The notes below the pieces were generated by a model that was not told where the DNA came from, searched no databases, and worked only from the letters and a program-made list of their open reading frames with translations. The translations under genes were made by a program, and so were the position numbers. Positions 27,475 to 36,637 of a stretch of DNA of 64,000 nucleotides are shown in pieces (the first letter of the stretch is position 1; every line of letters begins with the position of its first letter). The DNA is taken from positions 124,001 through 188,000 of IMG/VR virus record IMGVR_UViG_3300017786_003484, one strand, 5' to 3'.

Positions 27475-27793
27475 ACTTACAATATGTATAGCAGATTATA
27501 ATATACAAACTTTGATGGATGCATATAGCGTCAAAGATCTAAAAGGCTATAAAGAAATTGATATTGCTGATGAGGATTTTGCTCCTATACCCACATCACT
27601 TAGTATGATACAATATCTAGCAGATTCAACACTAGCAAATATATCTGCAACAACCAAAGGACAAGACCGAGGATCTAGGTTCTGGGAGGAATTAGCCTTT
27701 GTTCCTAAATTGGTAGTTGAATTTGAAACTAATACTAGATCATTCCGCACATTTAAGCAATTTAATGGTACTTTTTTATTAAAAAACGGTTGA
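27461..27793 (+). CDS. Hypothetical protein
   Basis: Stop TGA lies inside the GGTTGAC of the next promoter. Confidence 0.55.
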   Translation: MTYSKLTICIADYNIQTLMDAYSVKDLKGYKEIDIADEDFAPIPTSLSMIQYLADSTLANISATTKGQDRGSRFWEELAFVPKLVVEFETNTRSFRTFKQFNGTFLLKNG

Positions 27794-27818
27794 CCTTTCG
27801 GATAGAAGGTGTTATACT
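27788..27818 (+). promoter_or_regulatory. Sigma70-type early promoter
   Basis: GG-TTGACC-TTTCGGATAGAAGGTGT-TATACT. Confidence 0.8.
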
Positions 27819-27848
27819 GTAAAGACAATAAGGAATTAGGAGTAGGGT

Positions 27849-28151
27849 TTGACAGGCGAGATTATTAATATGCCTCTTCATATTATGAGGCCTAAATTAG
27901 ATTTTTCAAAAACTAGTTTAACAGTCGAGACACAAGCAGGTCTGTCTCGTTATATTCTCGATCATAAAGAGCCGGGCGGATACCTAAGAGCAGTATTAGA
28001 AAACGATCTAATGACAGCAATACAAACTGCTGATCCACAAAACTTAAAGCAATTAAAAAACCTATGTAAATGGATATTTAATAATGCTCCAGGAGATAGT
28101 TGGGGAGATCAATTTACAGTTGATAATTGGATATATGGTGAGGAACTTTAA
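27849..28151 (+). CDS. Hypothetical phage protein
   Basis: RY...H.EPGGYL.AVLENDL..A...AD; AGGAG SD, TTG start. Confidence 0.7.
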   Translation: MTGEIINMPLHIMRPKLDFSKTSLTVETQAGLSRYILDHKEPGGYLRAVLENDLMTAIQTADPQNLKQLKNLCKWIFNNAPGDSWGDQFTVDNWIYGEEL

Positions 28152-28648
28152 TGAATTTGGTTGAGAAAGCAAAACTATTTGCAACAAAAGAACACGAAGG
28201 ACAAGTTCGCAAATACACTGGCGAGCCCTATATCATTCATCCAATTGAAGTTTCTGAGATTGTAGAAAGGTATAACGGCTCCAGAGAAATGATTGCGGCC
28301 GCCCTATTACATGATGTTGTTGAAGATACAGATGTTACTATTGAAGAAATTCGTAATGAGTTTGGTAACTCGGTTGCAATGTTAGTTGATGACTTAACAG
28401 ATGTTAGTAAAAAAGAAGACGGTAACAGAGCAGTAAGAAAAGCTATGGATCGAGAGCATACTGCAAAAGCAAGTGCCGCCGCAATGGTTGTTAAGGCCGC
28501 TGATATGATTAGCAATGGAAAGGATATTAAAGTAAATGATCCTCATTTTGCTAAAGTATATCTTAAAGAGATGAAAGCATTACTTGATGTAATGTTTAAG
28601 ATTAAAGAGATGGAAATTTATAAAGAAGCAAAAGGAGTAGTTGAATGA
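28151..28648 (+). CDS. HD-domain hydrolase, small alarmone ((p)ppGpp) hydrolase/Mesh1-like
   Basis: H.GQ.RK..GEPYI.HP, AALLHDVVEDT, VK.AD...N. Confidence 0.85.
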   Translation: MNLVEKAKLFATKEHEGQVRKYTGEPYIIHPIEVSEIVERYNGSREMIAAALLHDVVEDTDVTIEEIRNEFGNSVAMLVDDLTDVSKKEDGNRAVRKAMDREHTAKASAAAMVVKAADMISNGKDIKVNDPHFAKVYLKEMKALLDVMFKIKEMEIYKEAKGVVE

Positions 28649-28821
28649 ACGATATTTTAAATGATGTTTCAGATTTAGAAGGTGCAGTAGATTGTCTTAA
28701 AAAGCTAGACCATACTCCTGATGTTATAAATGCTATTATAAAAATAGATGATATTATTGAACGTAAAAAAACAGAATTTAATGATTATGAAAAATATATC
28801 GAGTCGTCATTTTCTGGTTGA
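28645..28821 (+). CDS. 58-aa hypothetical protein (not in the ORF track)
   Basis: AAGGAG SD, ATGA overlap; MNDILNDVSDLEG...ESSFSG; ends in the promoter's GGTTGA. Confidence 0.65.
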   Translation: MNDILNDVSDLEGAVDCLKKLDHTPDVINAIIKIDDIIERKKTEFNDYEKYIESSFSG

Positions 28822-28846
28822 CATTTCGGATAGCAGATGCTATACT
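28816..28846 (+). promoter_or_regulatory. Sigma70-type early promoter
   Basis: GG-TTGACA-TTTCGGATAGCAGATGC-TATACT; spacer related to 27788. Confidence 0.8.
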
Positions 28847-28872
28847 ATAAAAATAATAAAGGATTGGACAGT

Positions 28873-29673
28873 ATGGAAATATCAGACTTAAAAGAAGGCA
28901 GAACAGTTGAACTTAAAGTAAAGAATGTTATGTATCCTTACAGGGATCGGTATTCTGTGAATATGATTATTCCTGAGTTTAACTATTACACAGGTCAAGT
29001 TGTATATGAAAAATGGTATAAGCCTACTCAGGTCGGACTTACAACCGGAGAAGCATGGTTTAAGGTTCGTAGGATTGACATGCACCGTATTGTTGAAATT
29101 AATGGTGTAGAAATTGAACCTGTACCTGAGGAGATTCCAACTACTGCTAAAGTCTTTACTGTTTTAGGATCCAAAGGAGAAGAGTACGAAGTTACTTTTG
29201 ACGGACCTAACTCAAAGTGTACTTGCAAAGGTTTTCAGTTTAGAGGAACTTGCAAACACATTGCACAACAATTCAGCACCGTCCCTGACGTTGCTATTAA
29301 ACCTAATTTTACTGCAAGAGCAGTTGAATCCGAGCAGGCGGAACCTGTTATTGAAGAAGTAAAGGAAGAAAATATGTCTGAGAAACTTTTCACTGTCACT
29401 GGTTTTAGTACTAAAGACGGTAAGATTAAAGCACGTTTCGCAACTGATATGACTCGTATTAAGACTCTTATTAAAACTGGCCACACAGATATTCAATTGT
29501 ATGATCTATCAAAGCCGGCAACAAAATTAGAAGCTCTTAAATACTTGCATGATAAGAATATCCCTGGTGAAGCTGGTAGTGCGATTGCAAAAGAATATGC
29601 AAAACGTTCTAAAAGAGCCGTTGCTGATCTTGTCAAAGATGGCCCAGCTATCGAACAAGAAGCAGTAGCATAA
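28873..29673 (+). CDS. SWIM zinc-finger protein, multidomain
   Basis: GSKG..Y.V...CTCKGFQFRGTCKH; start moved downstream of the promoter. Confidence 0.75.
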   Translation: MEISDLKEGRTVELKVKNVMYPYRDRYSVNMIIPEFNYYTGQVVYEKWYKPTQVGLTTGEAWFKVRRIDMHRIVEINGVEIEPVPEEIPTTAKVFTVLGSKGEEYEVTFDGPNSKCTCKGFQFRGTCKHIAQQFSTVPDVAIKPNFTARAVESEQAEPVIEEVKEENMSEKLFTVTGFSTKDGKIKARFATDMTRIKTLIKTGHTDIQLYDLSKPATKLEALKYLHDKNIPGEAGSAIAKEYAKRSKRAVADLVKDGPAIEQEAVA

Positions 29674-29685
29674 TTATTTTGCCTA

Positions 29686-29717
29686 GGGGGCAGGCTAGAT
29701 AGAGGCCCCCCATTTCT
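29686..29717 (+). terminator. Possible intrinsic terminator
   Basis: GGGGGC/GCCCCC stem with a weak U-tract. Confidence 0.3.
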
Positions 29718-29737
29718 ATACTAAGGAGACAAGAAGT

Positions 29738-30274
29738 ATGATCGTAGGATTTAAACTACCTCACGTTACATTTAAGACCCGTGTTCGTGATGATTCAATT
29801 GAAGGGTCTAATCCATTTCGTTGGGAGGACAAAACTACCGACGATTATTTTAAAGGTAAACGAGTAGTATTGTTTAGCCTTCCTGGAGCATTTACACCAA
29901 CTTGCTCAACGTATCAGTTACCAGGTTTTGAAGAAAACTACAATAAAATTAAAGAGAATGGTATTGACGAAATTTATTGTATGAGTGTTAATGATGCCTT
30001 TGTTATGAATGCTTGGGCAAAAGCACAATGCGTCGAACGTGTAAAAGTTATTCCTGATGGCAGTGGTAACATGACACGTTTTATGGGTATGCTTATTGGT
30101 AAAAATCATTTAGGCTTTGGCAGTCGTAGTTGGCGTTTTATGGCTATTATCAATGATGGCGTTGTTGAGAAATGGTGGCAGGAACCAGGCATTAACAACG
30201 ACGGAGAAGACGAAGATCCGTATGTTGAGTCGACACCTGAAAACTGTCTAGAATATCTGTTAAATAAAGGTTAA
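29738..30274 (+). CDS. Peroxiredoxin (Prx5 family)
   Basis: LPGAFTPTCS, SVNDAFVMNAW, PDG, RSWR. Confidence 0.93.
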   Translation: MIVGFKLPHVTFKTRVRDDSIEGSNPFRWEDKTTDDYFKGKRVVLFSLPGAFTPTCSTYQLPGFEENYNKIKENGIDEIYCMSVNDAFVMNAWAKAQCVERVKVIPDGSGNMTRFMGMLIGKNHLGFGSRSWRFMAIINDGVVEKWWQEPGINNDGEDEDPYVESTPENCLEYLLNKG

Positions 30275-30316
30275 CCACAATCTAACAAAGTCGTACTCTA
30301 TAAAAGGAGTAACACT

Positions 30317-30712
30317 ATGAGACCTATATGTTGTAACCATGGATGCGATAAACTAGTATGTTGTAGTATTGGAAAAATCAGCGATCCAAATCCAAGATGG
30401 AGACCGGTCTGCGGACATTGTCAACAGGCAAGTTACGGTAAACGTCCTTATAGAGATGGTGTTACTCCCTTTGTTACTGGAATATGTAGTAACAAGGATG
30501 GTCATCTTGGATTTGTATGCTGGACGAACTTTAAGAAAATGCCTAAAGATTTTAAAGGTAGAACTCAAATAGATCATGTCGACGGCGATCATAGTAATAA
30601 TGTTTTAGAAAATTTAGACGAATTATGCACTTCTTGCCATCAATATAAAGGTCAAAGAAATGGTGATCACAATGGTTGGAGAAACGGAAATCGACGAATG
30701 CTAGTGGAATAG
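30317..30712 (+). CDS. Cys-rich HNH endonuclease-like protein
   Basis: IDHVDGDHSNN..ENL..LCTSCH. Confidence 0.75.
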   Translation: MRPICCNHGCDKLVCCSIGKISDPNPRWRPVCGHCQQASYGKRPYRDGVTPFVTGICSNKDGHLGFVCWTNFKKMPKDFKGRTQIDHVDGDHSNNVLENLDELCTSCHQYKGQRNGDHNGWRNGNRRMLVE

Positions 30713-30714
30713 AT

Positions 30715-31956
30715 ATGCTAGTATTTGCCTTTGATAAAGAATTCCCACAGAACCACATTCAACGTCGCGACGGGCCGGATCAGAATGGAGTTATGCATCA
30801 TCCTGATCAGTTACAAGCAAAAGGAAATGGTGCATTTCTACGTTGGTTAGATAGCCTTATAGAATATGAAATATCTGACAGTTATTCTTTTGACGATAAT
30901 CCTATAGCCTTATATACTATCTGGGCAGGCAGAGGTCAGACATTCTTTGAAAAACTTAATATAATATCTGACCATCTTCGTAACTCCTCAATAGTTAGAC
31001 ATAAGAATTTTAAAATATGGATTGACTTCTCAACTGAAGGTTGGGTTATAGGTAGAGAATTCCATGATTGGGTTGTTGCAAATGATCTGCAAGGTAGAGT
31101 ATTATATACAAGTGGTCAATTTGACCAGAAACGTATGTACGAAGCAGATATCTATCCAGAACAAACTGTAATGGATTTTATTCCTACTTCTATGTGGAGA
31201 AAGTTAATTCCACCTAATGAGGTCAAGCATCTGTCTGGACAAGAATTACTGCAAAGTTTTCCTAGTTACCGTCCTACTCAAAATAGAGTTATGTGTTTTA
31301 ATAGAATAGTCAGGGACCATAGGGTCCAAATAGCACTTGAACTAGAAAATTTAAATATACTAGATAAGATTACGTTTAGTCTAACAGATAAACTAGGTGA
31401 CGAATATGATAGTATAGGCAACCAATACAAAGATTATATTAGCAAAGATGTATTTGATAGATTAAAAGCAAAACTTCCGTTGGTAGTAGACACCGACCAG
31501 TTTGATTATAATTGGATTTATGTTGAGAAAGAACACACCTACAACATATTTAAATCTCATCCTATTAATGTTGTAACAGAAACTATGTATAGGAATGATG
31601 GTAGGTTCTTATCTGAAAAATCATTTAAGCCTATGGCACTTAGACAAATTTTTCTTATTGCTGGCAACAAAGGTACATTAGAACTTCTAAGGCATTATGG
31701 CTTTAAAACTTTTGCACAATGCGGAATAGATGAGAGCTACGATACAGTATTAGATCCAACTAAAAGAATGAAAGCATTAACATTAGAAATACAAAGATTA
31801 GTAAACCTATCTGAACATAAGTTTCAAGACATATTACTAAAAGCAGAAGAAGTAATAGAGCATAATCATATATTAGTATGGGACGATGAACATGTATTAA
31901 AGAATTCCTGGGGAGAATTAGTAAATTATTTGGATCTTTTTAATAAAAAAGGTTGA
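30715..31956 (+). CDS. Putative glycosyltransferase-like protein, paralog of 38112
   Basis: CFNR..R.HR, VTET, FLSEKSFKP, GFKTF, DESYD. Confidence 0.55.
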   Translation: MLVFAFDKEFPQNHIQRRDGPDQNGVMHHPDQLQAKGNGAFLRWLDSLIEYEISDSYSFDDNPIALYTIWAGRGQTFFEKLNIISDHLRNSSIVRHKNFKIWIDFSTEGWVIGREFHDWVVANDLQGRVLYTSGQFDQKRMYEADIYPEQTVMDFIPTSMWRKLIPPNEVKHLSGQELLQSFPSYRPTQNRVMCFNRIVRDHRVQIALELENLNILDKITFSLTDKLGDEYDSIGNQYKDYISKDVFDRLKAKLPLVVDTDQFDYNWIYVEKEHTYNIFKSHPINVVTETMYRNDGRFLSEKSFKPMALRQIFLIAGNKGTLELLRHYGFKTFAQCGIDESYDTVLDPTKRMKALTLEIQRLVNLSEHKFQDILLKAEEVIEHNHILVWDDEHVLKNSWGELVNYLDLFNKKG

Positions 31957-32003
31957 CTTCTGGTCCTAAATGTCGTATAGTATATACATAATAAGAATTT
32001 AGG
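31948..32003 (+). promoter_or_regulatory. Early-promoter cassette, diverged copy
   Basis: AAAGG-TTGACT-17 nt-TATAGT...ATAATAAGAATTTAGG. Confidence 0.8.
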
Positions 32004-32011
32004 AGAAACAT

Positions 32012-32362
32012 ATGTACAAAGGTTACCAAGAAGAATTGTTTAATAGTAATTGGGGTGTTAATTCTGGTTTTAAGAATCTAGCAGATAAACTTAATGAACT
32101 TTTACCATTTGACGGTAAGTGCGAAAATGCTAGAACTACTAGTAAAAAATTAGATAAGTTCAGAAGAGCACAAAATTGTGTATATGATTTGTTCAACAAT
32201 GGTCTTTGTAATAGACGTGGTGAGTTTAGAAGAATGTTTAATGGATATTCTCCTGCTCAAAATCATATGACTGATATGGCATGGCACAATACAGAACAAA
32301 GAGTAGAAGAGATGCTTACTCCAATTATATTAGAAGCCGCTAAAGAACAGGGGATTAAATAA
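32012..32362 (+). CDS. Hypothetical early phage protein
   Basis: AGGAG SD; FRRAQN.VYDLFNNGLCN. Confidence 0.7.
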   Translation: MYKGYQEELFNSNWGVNSGFKNLADKLNELLPFDGKCENARTTSKKLDKFRRAQNCVYDLFNNGLCNRRGEFRRMFNGYSPAQNHMTDMAWHNTEQRVEEMLTPIILEAAKEQGIK

Positions 32363-32520
32363 TGAAAATAAAAGGTGCAATGACAGTTCTTAAAAAGGAC
32401 TGTGAGTTTTTAGGATTAACATTTGAAGAATTGTGTATCTTTATTGAACGCAATCCTTATGCTATGAAGAATAGTACTATTGATGCATATGCAGTCTATA
32501 AAAAGGAAAATAAAGGTTGA
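32362..32520 (+). CDS. 52-aa hypothetical protein (not in the ORF track)
   Basis: TAATG coupling; MKIKGAMTVLKKDCEFLG...KENKG; ends in GGTTGA. Confidence 0.65.
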   Translation: MKIKGAMTVLKKDCEFLGLTFEELCIFIERNPYAMKNSTIDAYAVYKKENKG

Positions 32521-32565
32521 CTTTTGGTCCTGTTTGTCATATACTGTATATAATAAGAAATTAGG
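32512..32565 (+). repeat. Early-promoter cassette, copy 2
   Basis: 52/54 identity with 20396-20449. Confidence 0.9.
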
Positions 32566-32573
32566 GAGATTGA

Positions 32574-33884
32574 ATGTTTAATATAATTTCAAAACTAGAA
32601 GCTACTGCAAGCAAATTAGAAAAAGAAGCGATTGTTAGAGAACAAGCAGTTGCTAATAATACAGTATTCTTTGAAGGCTGTAGATTAGCATATGATGCTC
32701 TGGTAGTATTTGGTGTTAAGCAGGTCCCTGAAAAGAAGGAGCCAGGAGGAGAAGGTCTTGCATGGGACGATTTTATGGACCTTTGCAAAAGACTAATGAC
32801 TAGAGAAGTTACTGGACATGCGGCCGCTGATGCAATCCTTGTTGCTATGGTACAATCAACACAAGAAGAATGGAACGGTTGGTATCGTAGAATCCTCATC
32901 AAAGATATGAGAGCTGGCTTTCAAATTGGTACAATTAATCGTGTAGTTAAGAAAGACTTTCCTGATTATACAATCCCAGTATTTGAATGTCAGTTAGCTC
33001 ATGATAGTGCAAAGCATGAATCTAAAGTATCTGGTAAGAAACTAGTTGAAGTTAAGCTCGATGGTGTTAGAGTTATTACTATTGTATATCCAAACGGTGA
33101 TGTTACACAATACAGTCGTAATGGTAAAGAGCTTGTAAACTTCCCTCACATTAAAGAACAGTTTGCCGCAACTACATGTCATGAAGTGCCAATGGTGTTT
33201 GATGGTGAAGTTATGTCTGCAAACTTTCAAGACCTCATGCAAGTTATTCATAAGAAGAATGGTTCAACTGCCGCTAAAGATGCAGTTCTACATTTGTTTG
33301 ATATACTTACATTAGAAGATTTTCTTAATGGTATTAGCAATGTAACACAAATAGACAGAACGGCAGAATTAAAACGTTGGTTTGGTGTAGTAAGCTCTAC
33401 AGGTAAAGTAAATAACATTGCAATACTAGATCAAGAATTAATTGATTTAGATACTGATGAAGGGCAAAAAGCATATAGCGATATTAATGCAAAAGCAATC
33501 GCAGGTGGTTACGAAGGTATTATGATTAAAGATCTTGATGCACCATATGAGTGCAAAAGATCTGCTTCATGGTTAAAGTTAAAGCCTTTTATAGAGGTTT
33601 CGTTGGAGGTAATTGATGTCGAAGAAGGTACAGGTAAAAACAAAGGACGTTTGGGGGCTCTTGTTTGCGAAGGAAACGATGATGGGACGGATATTACCGT
33701 CAACGTTGGCTCGGGTCTTAGCGATAGTATGCGAGATAGTATTTGGGCTAACCGCGATAGTACTATTGGCCGTATTTGCGAAGTTCGTGCTGATGCTATA
33801 ACACAAAATAAAGACGGAACATATAGTTTACGTTTTCCAAGATTTAAAACATTTAGAGGCTTTGAAGCCGGAGAAAAAATATAA
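32574..33884 (+). CDS. ATP-dependent DNA ligase
   Basis: EVKLDGVR, FDGE, GYEGIMIK, WLKLKP, SLRFPRF. Confidence 0.95.
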   Translation: MFNIISKLEATASKLEKEAIVREQAVANNTVFFEGCRLAYDALVVFGVKQVPEKKEPGGEGLAWDDFMDLCKRLMTREVTGHAAADAILVAMVQSTQEEWNGWYRRILIKDMRAGFQIGTINRVVKKDFPDYTIPVFECQLAHDSAKHESKVSGKKLVEVKLDGVRVITIVYPNGDVTQYSRNGKELVNFPHIKEQFAATTCHEVPMVFDGEVMSANFQDLMQVIHKKNGSTAAKDAVLHLFDILTLEDFLNGISNVTQIDRTAELKRWFGVVSSTGKVNNIAILDQELIDLDTDEGQKAYSDINAKAIAGGYEGIMIKDLDAPYECKRSASWLKLKPFIEVSLEVIDVEEGTGKNKGRLGALVCEGNDDGTDITVNVGSGLSDSMRDSIWANRDSTIGRICEVRADAITQNKDGTYSLRFPRFKTFRGFEAGEKI

Positions 33885-34312
33885 TGAGAATTGCAATAGG
33901 AAATGATCACGGTGGATTAGAACTCGCAGATGCTTGCCGTGATTGGTTACAAGATAACGGCTATAGTGTTATTGATGTTGGAACCAATAACTCAGATAGT
34001 GTAGATTATCCTGTTTATGCAAAAAAGGTTGTTGAAGAAATAATTAGAGGACGAGTTGAATATGGCATACTAATATGCGGAACGGGCATAGGTATAAGCA
34101 TAGCGGCTAATAAATGGCCAGAGATACGGTGTGGTTTGTGCCATGATACAACTACTGCAAGGCTAACAAGGCTTCACAATGACGCTAATATCGTTGCTAT
34201 GGGCGGTCGTATAGTAGGAACTGAAGTAGGATTAGATATAATTAAGACATTTCTTAATACCGAATTCGAAGGTGGTAGGCATCAAAATCGTATTAACATG
34301 ATTGAAAGATAA
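33884..34312 (+). CDS. rpiB: Ribose-5-phosphate isomerase B
   Basis: GNDHGG, VDYP, ICGTGIG, AANK, HNDAN, FEGGRH. Confidence 0.95.
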   Translation: MRIAIGNDHGGLELADACRDWLQDNGYSVIDVGTNNSDSVDYPVYAKKVVEEIIRGRVEYGILICGTGIGISIAANKWPEIRCGLCHDTTTARLTRLHNDANIVAMGGRIVGTEVGLDIIKTFLNTEFEGGRHQNRINMIER

Positions 34313-34374
34313 GACCCATATTTTTCCAACATTATCTATAAGTATACTTGACGAATTAAGTTAGGAATAGAACA

Positions 34375-34761
34375 ATGAATGAAGGACTTTTCCAGTTCGA
34401 AATTATTGTATCGTTACTATTCTTGAAGCATTTTTTATTTGATTATGTATTACAAAGTAAGGCAATGTTGTTATCGAAGCACATCTACGGAAGATGGTCT
34501 GGAATATTACATGCGATTGCCCATGGCGCTGGCACGTTTTTTGTATTATCAATAACTTCTTTAACCTGTGCTCTTTTCTTTGCAGTATTAGATACTGTCG
34601 TACATTATCATATAGATTGGATAAGAGGACGATTCGGAAGTAAAGATGTGACATCCGATTGTTTTTGGGTTCATATAGGTTTAGATCAGTTAGCACACGG
34701 ATTCACTTATATAGCTATTACTTCGGCGGTTGTCCATAATGTAATAGGTTTCAACCTTTAG
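34375..34761 (+). CDS. DUF3307-like membrane protein, paralog of 16264
   Basis: KHFLFD..LQ, HYHIDW, GLDQLAH. Confidence 0.75.
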   Translation: MNEGLFQFEIIVSLLFLKHFLFDYVLQSKAMLLSKHIYGRWSGILHAIAHGAGTFFVLSITSLTCALFFAVLDTVVHYHIDWIRGRFGSKDVTSDCFWVHIGLDQLAHGFTYIAITSAVVHNVIGFNL

Positions 34762-34796
34762 GCTATCCATTCTTAAAAGTTTCAAGTAAGTAGTGT

Positions 34797-35093
34797 ATGC
34801 AAGAAAATATAGAAGAAGCATTAAAACAAGTATACGATCCAGAGATAAGCATCAACGTTTTTGATCTGGGACTTATCTATGATATTGATATCTCAAAAAT
34901 TCCACATGTAAATATTTTAATGACATTAACAAGTGCATTCTGTCCTTATGCAGATCAGTTAATTGAAGATGTTGAGCAAGCAGTATCTTCAGTTGAAGGT
35001 GTTGACACTTGTAAGGTTGAAGTTACCTTTGACCCGCCATTTGGTCCAGATAAAATGACAGAAGAAGTTAGAATGGTATTAGGTATTTTTTAA
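34797..35093 (+). CDS. DUF59/SufT-like Fe-S cluster assembly factor
   Basis: LKQVYDPEI..NVFDLGLIY, MTLTSAFCP, FDPP. Confidence 0.9.
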   Translation: MQENIEEALKQVYDPEISINVFDLGLIYDIDISKIPHVNILMTLTSAFCPYADQLIEDVEQAVSSVEGVDTCKVEVTFDPPFGPDKMTEEVRMVLGIF

Positions 35094-36637
35094 TGAGGAA
35101 TTGGGAAAAAAGTTGGAAAGATAAACTTAAAGAAGTAAAAGATCCAGTACAAATTGATAGGATGTCTCCTGATGAAGTAGAACGTGCTAAGAAAGAATAC
35201 TTGCTTAAACGTGGAGACGAAAACACAATAGAAGCCGGCAAGTTTAAAAGTGTTTATCAGTCAGATGCTAAGGCTGTCTTTGGTAAATTAAATCAGATAT
35301 CTCCTAGTTTCTGTTTAGCAAAATGGTTTAATGTTTCTTTACATATTCCAACTGGTAGAACACATTCCTGTTACCATCCTCCTGCACATTACGTTCCTCC
35401 GGGCGAACTTATAAACAATCCTAGTGCATTACATAACACAGAACATAAAAAGAAGCAACGAGAGATGATGCTTAACGGAGAACGTCCTAAGGAATGTTTC
35501 TTTTGTTGGAATATTGAAGATTCAGGCAATGAACTAAGTGACAGGGCATATAGAAGTAAAGATGTTTATCGTCCTGGTGTGTTTGAAGAAGTAGGAGAGC
35601 TAGGATCAACTGGAGATGCAAAGCCTAGGTATGTAGAGGTTAACTTTAACCAAGCCTGCAATTTAAAATGCTCTTACTGTAGTCCACATCTAAGTACAGC
35701 CTGGCATAAAGAAATAGACGAGAAAGGTCCTCTTAAATTAGCAGATGGTAGGGTGCATAATTCTACTGACTGGATGAAAAAAGATAACATGTGGCCTAAC
35801 AATAGTCCTGATAACATTTATCTAAAAGCATTTTGGGATTGGTTTCCAGATATATATCCTACATTACAAACTTTCCGAATGACAGGCGGAGAACCTTTGA
35901 TGGATAAAAATACTTTTAAAGTATTTGACTATGTCTTAGAAAGAAACGATAATCCGAAGTTACATTTAAGTATTACTAGTAATTGTTGTCCACCAGGTAA
36001 ACAATGGGAAAAGTTTTTAGTAAGTCTCAATCAATTAGAAGAAGCAAACGCCATTGATCACTTTATGCTATACTGTAGCCTCGATAGTTGGGGTAAACAA
36101 GCAGAGTACATAAGAACTGGTATGGACTTTGATATGCTACACAACAACGTTACAGAGTACTTAAATCGCGGTGTAAAGCATAGTCTAAACTTTATTGCAA
36201 CATTCTGTGCTATGAGCATACCTGGTTTTCAAACTTATTTAGAAAACATACTTGCATTAAGGAAAAAGTATAATACCAATAGACAACTTATTTGGTTTGA
36301 CACTCCTATGCTAATGGATCCAAATTGGTTGAGTTTAAAACTGCTTGACAAAGAGCAGTTAAATAGCTTGTTAACATGTATTGAATATATGGAAGATAAT
36401 AAAGAAGTAGTAGGCGAGCAATTTAAAGGATTTAAAGATTTTGAGATTGCCAAAGTAAAAAGATTATACGACTGGGCAATAGTACCAGATGACAATGTTG
36501 ATCAACTTCGTGCAAATTTCTATTCGTACATTGAACAACACGATACAAGGAGAGGGACAAATTTCTTAGAAACTTTTCCAGAGTTTGAAAAACTTTATAT
36601 TGAATCTAAGAAACAGTTTGATAGGTTAAAAACTTGA
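35093..36637 (+). CDS. Radical SAM protein with N-terminal twitch-like domain
   Basis: SFCLAKW..SCYHP..C..CW; CNLKCSYC; GGEP. Confidence 0.88.
   Translation: MRNWEKSWKDKLKEVKDPVQIDRMSPDEVERAKKEYLLKRGDENTIEAGKFKSVYQSDAKAVFGKLNQISPSFCLAKWFNVSLHIPTGRTHSCYHPPAHYVPPGELINNPSALHNTEHKKKQREMMLNGERPKECFFCWNIEDSGNELSDRAYRSKDVYRPGVFEEVGELGSTGDAKPRYVEVNFNQACNLKCSYCSPHLSTAWHKEIDEKGPLKLADGRVHNSTDWMKKDNMWPNNSPDNIYLKAFWDWFPDIYPTLQTFRMTGGEPLMDKNTFKVFDYVLERNDNPKLHLSITSNCCPPGKQWEKFLVSLNQLEEANAIDHFMLYCSLDSWGKQAEYIRTGMDFDMLHNNVTEYLNRGVKHSLNFIATFCAMSIPGFQTYLENILALRKKYNTNRQLIWFDTPMLMDPNWLSLKLLDKEQLNSLLTCIEYMEDNKEVVGEQFKGFKDFEIAKVKRLYDWAIVPDDNVDQLRANFYSYIEQHDTRRGTNFLETFPEFEKLYIESKKQFDRLKT

Noticed and set aside
32561-33910. 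Antisense ORFs over the DNA ligase (similar ones over clpX, 50580, 60021 and others)
   Set aside because: Fully overlap well-supported genes, with no RBS or motifs
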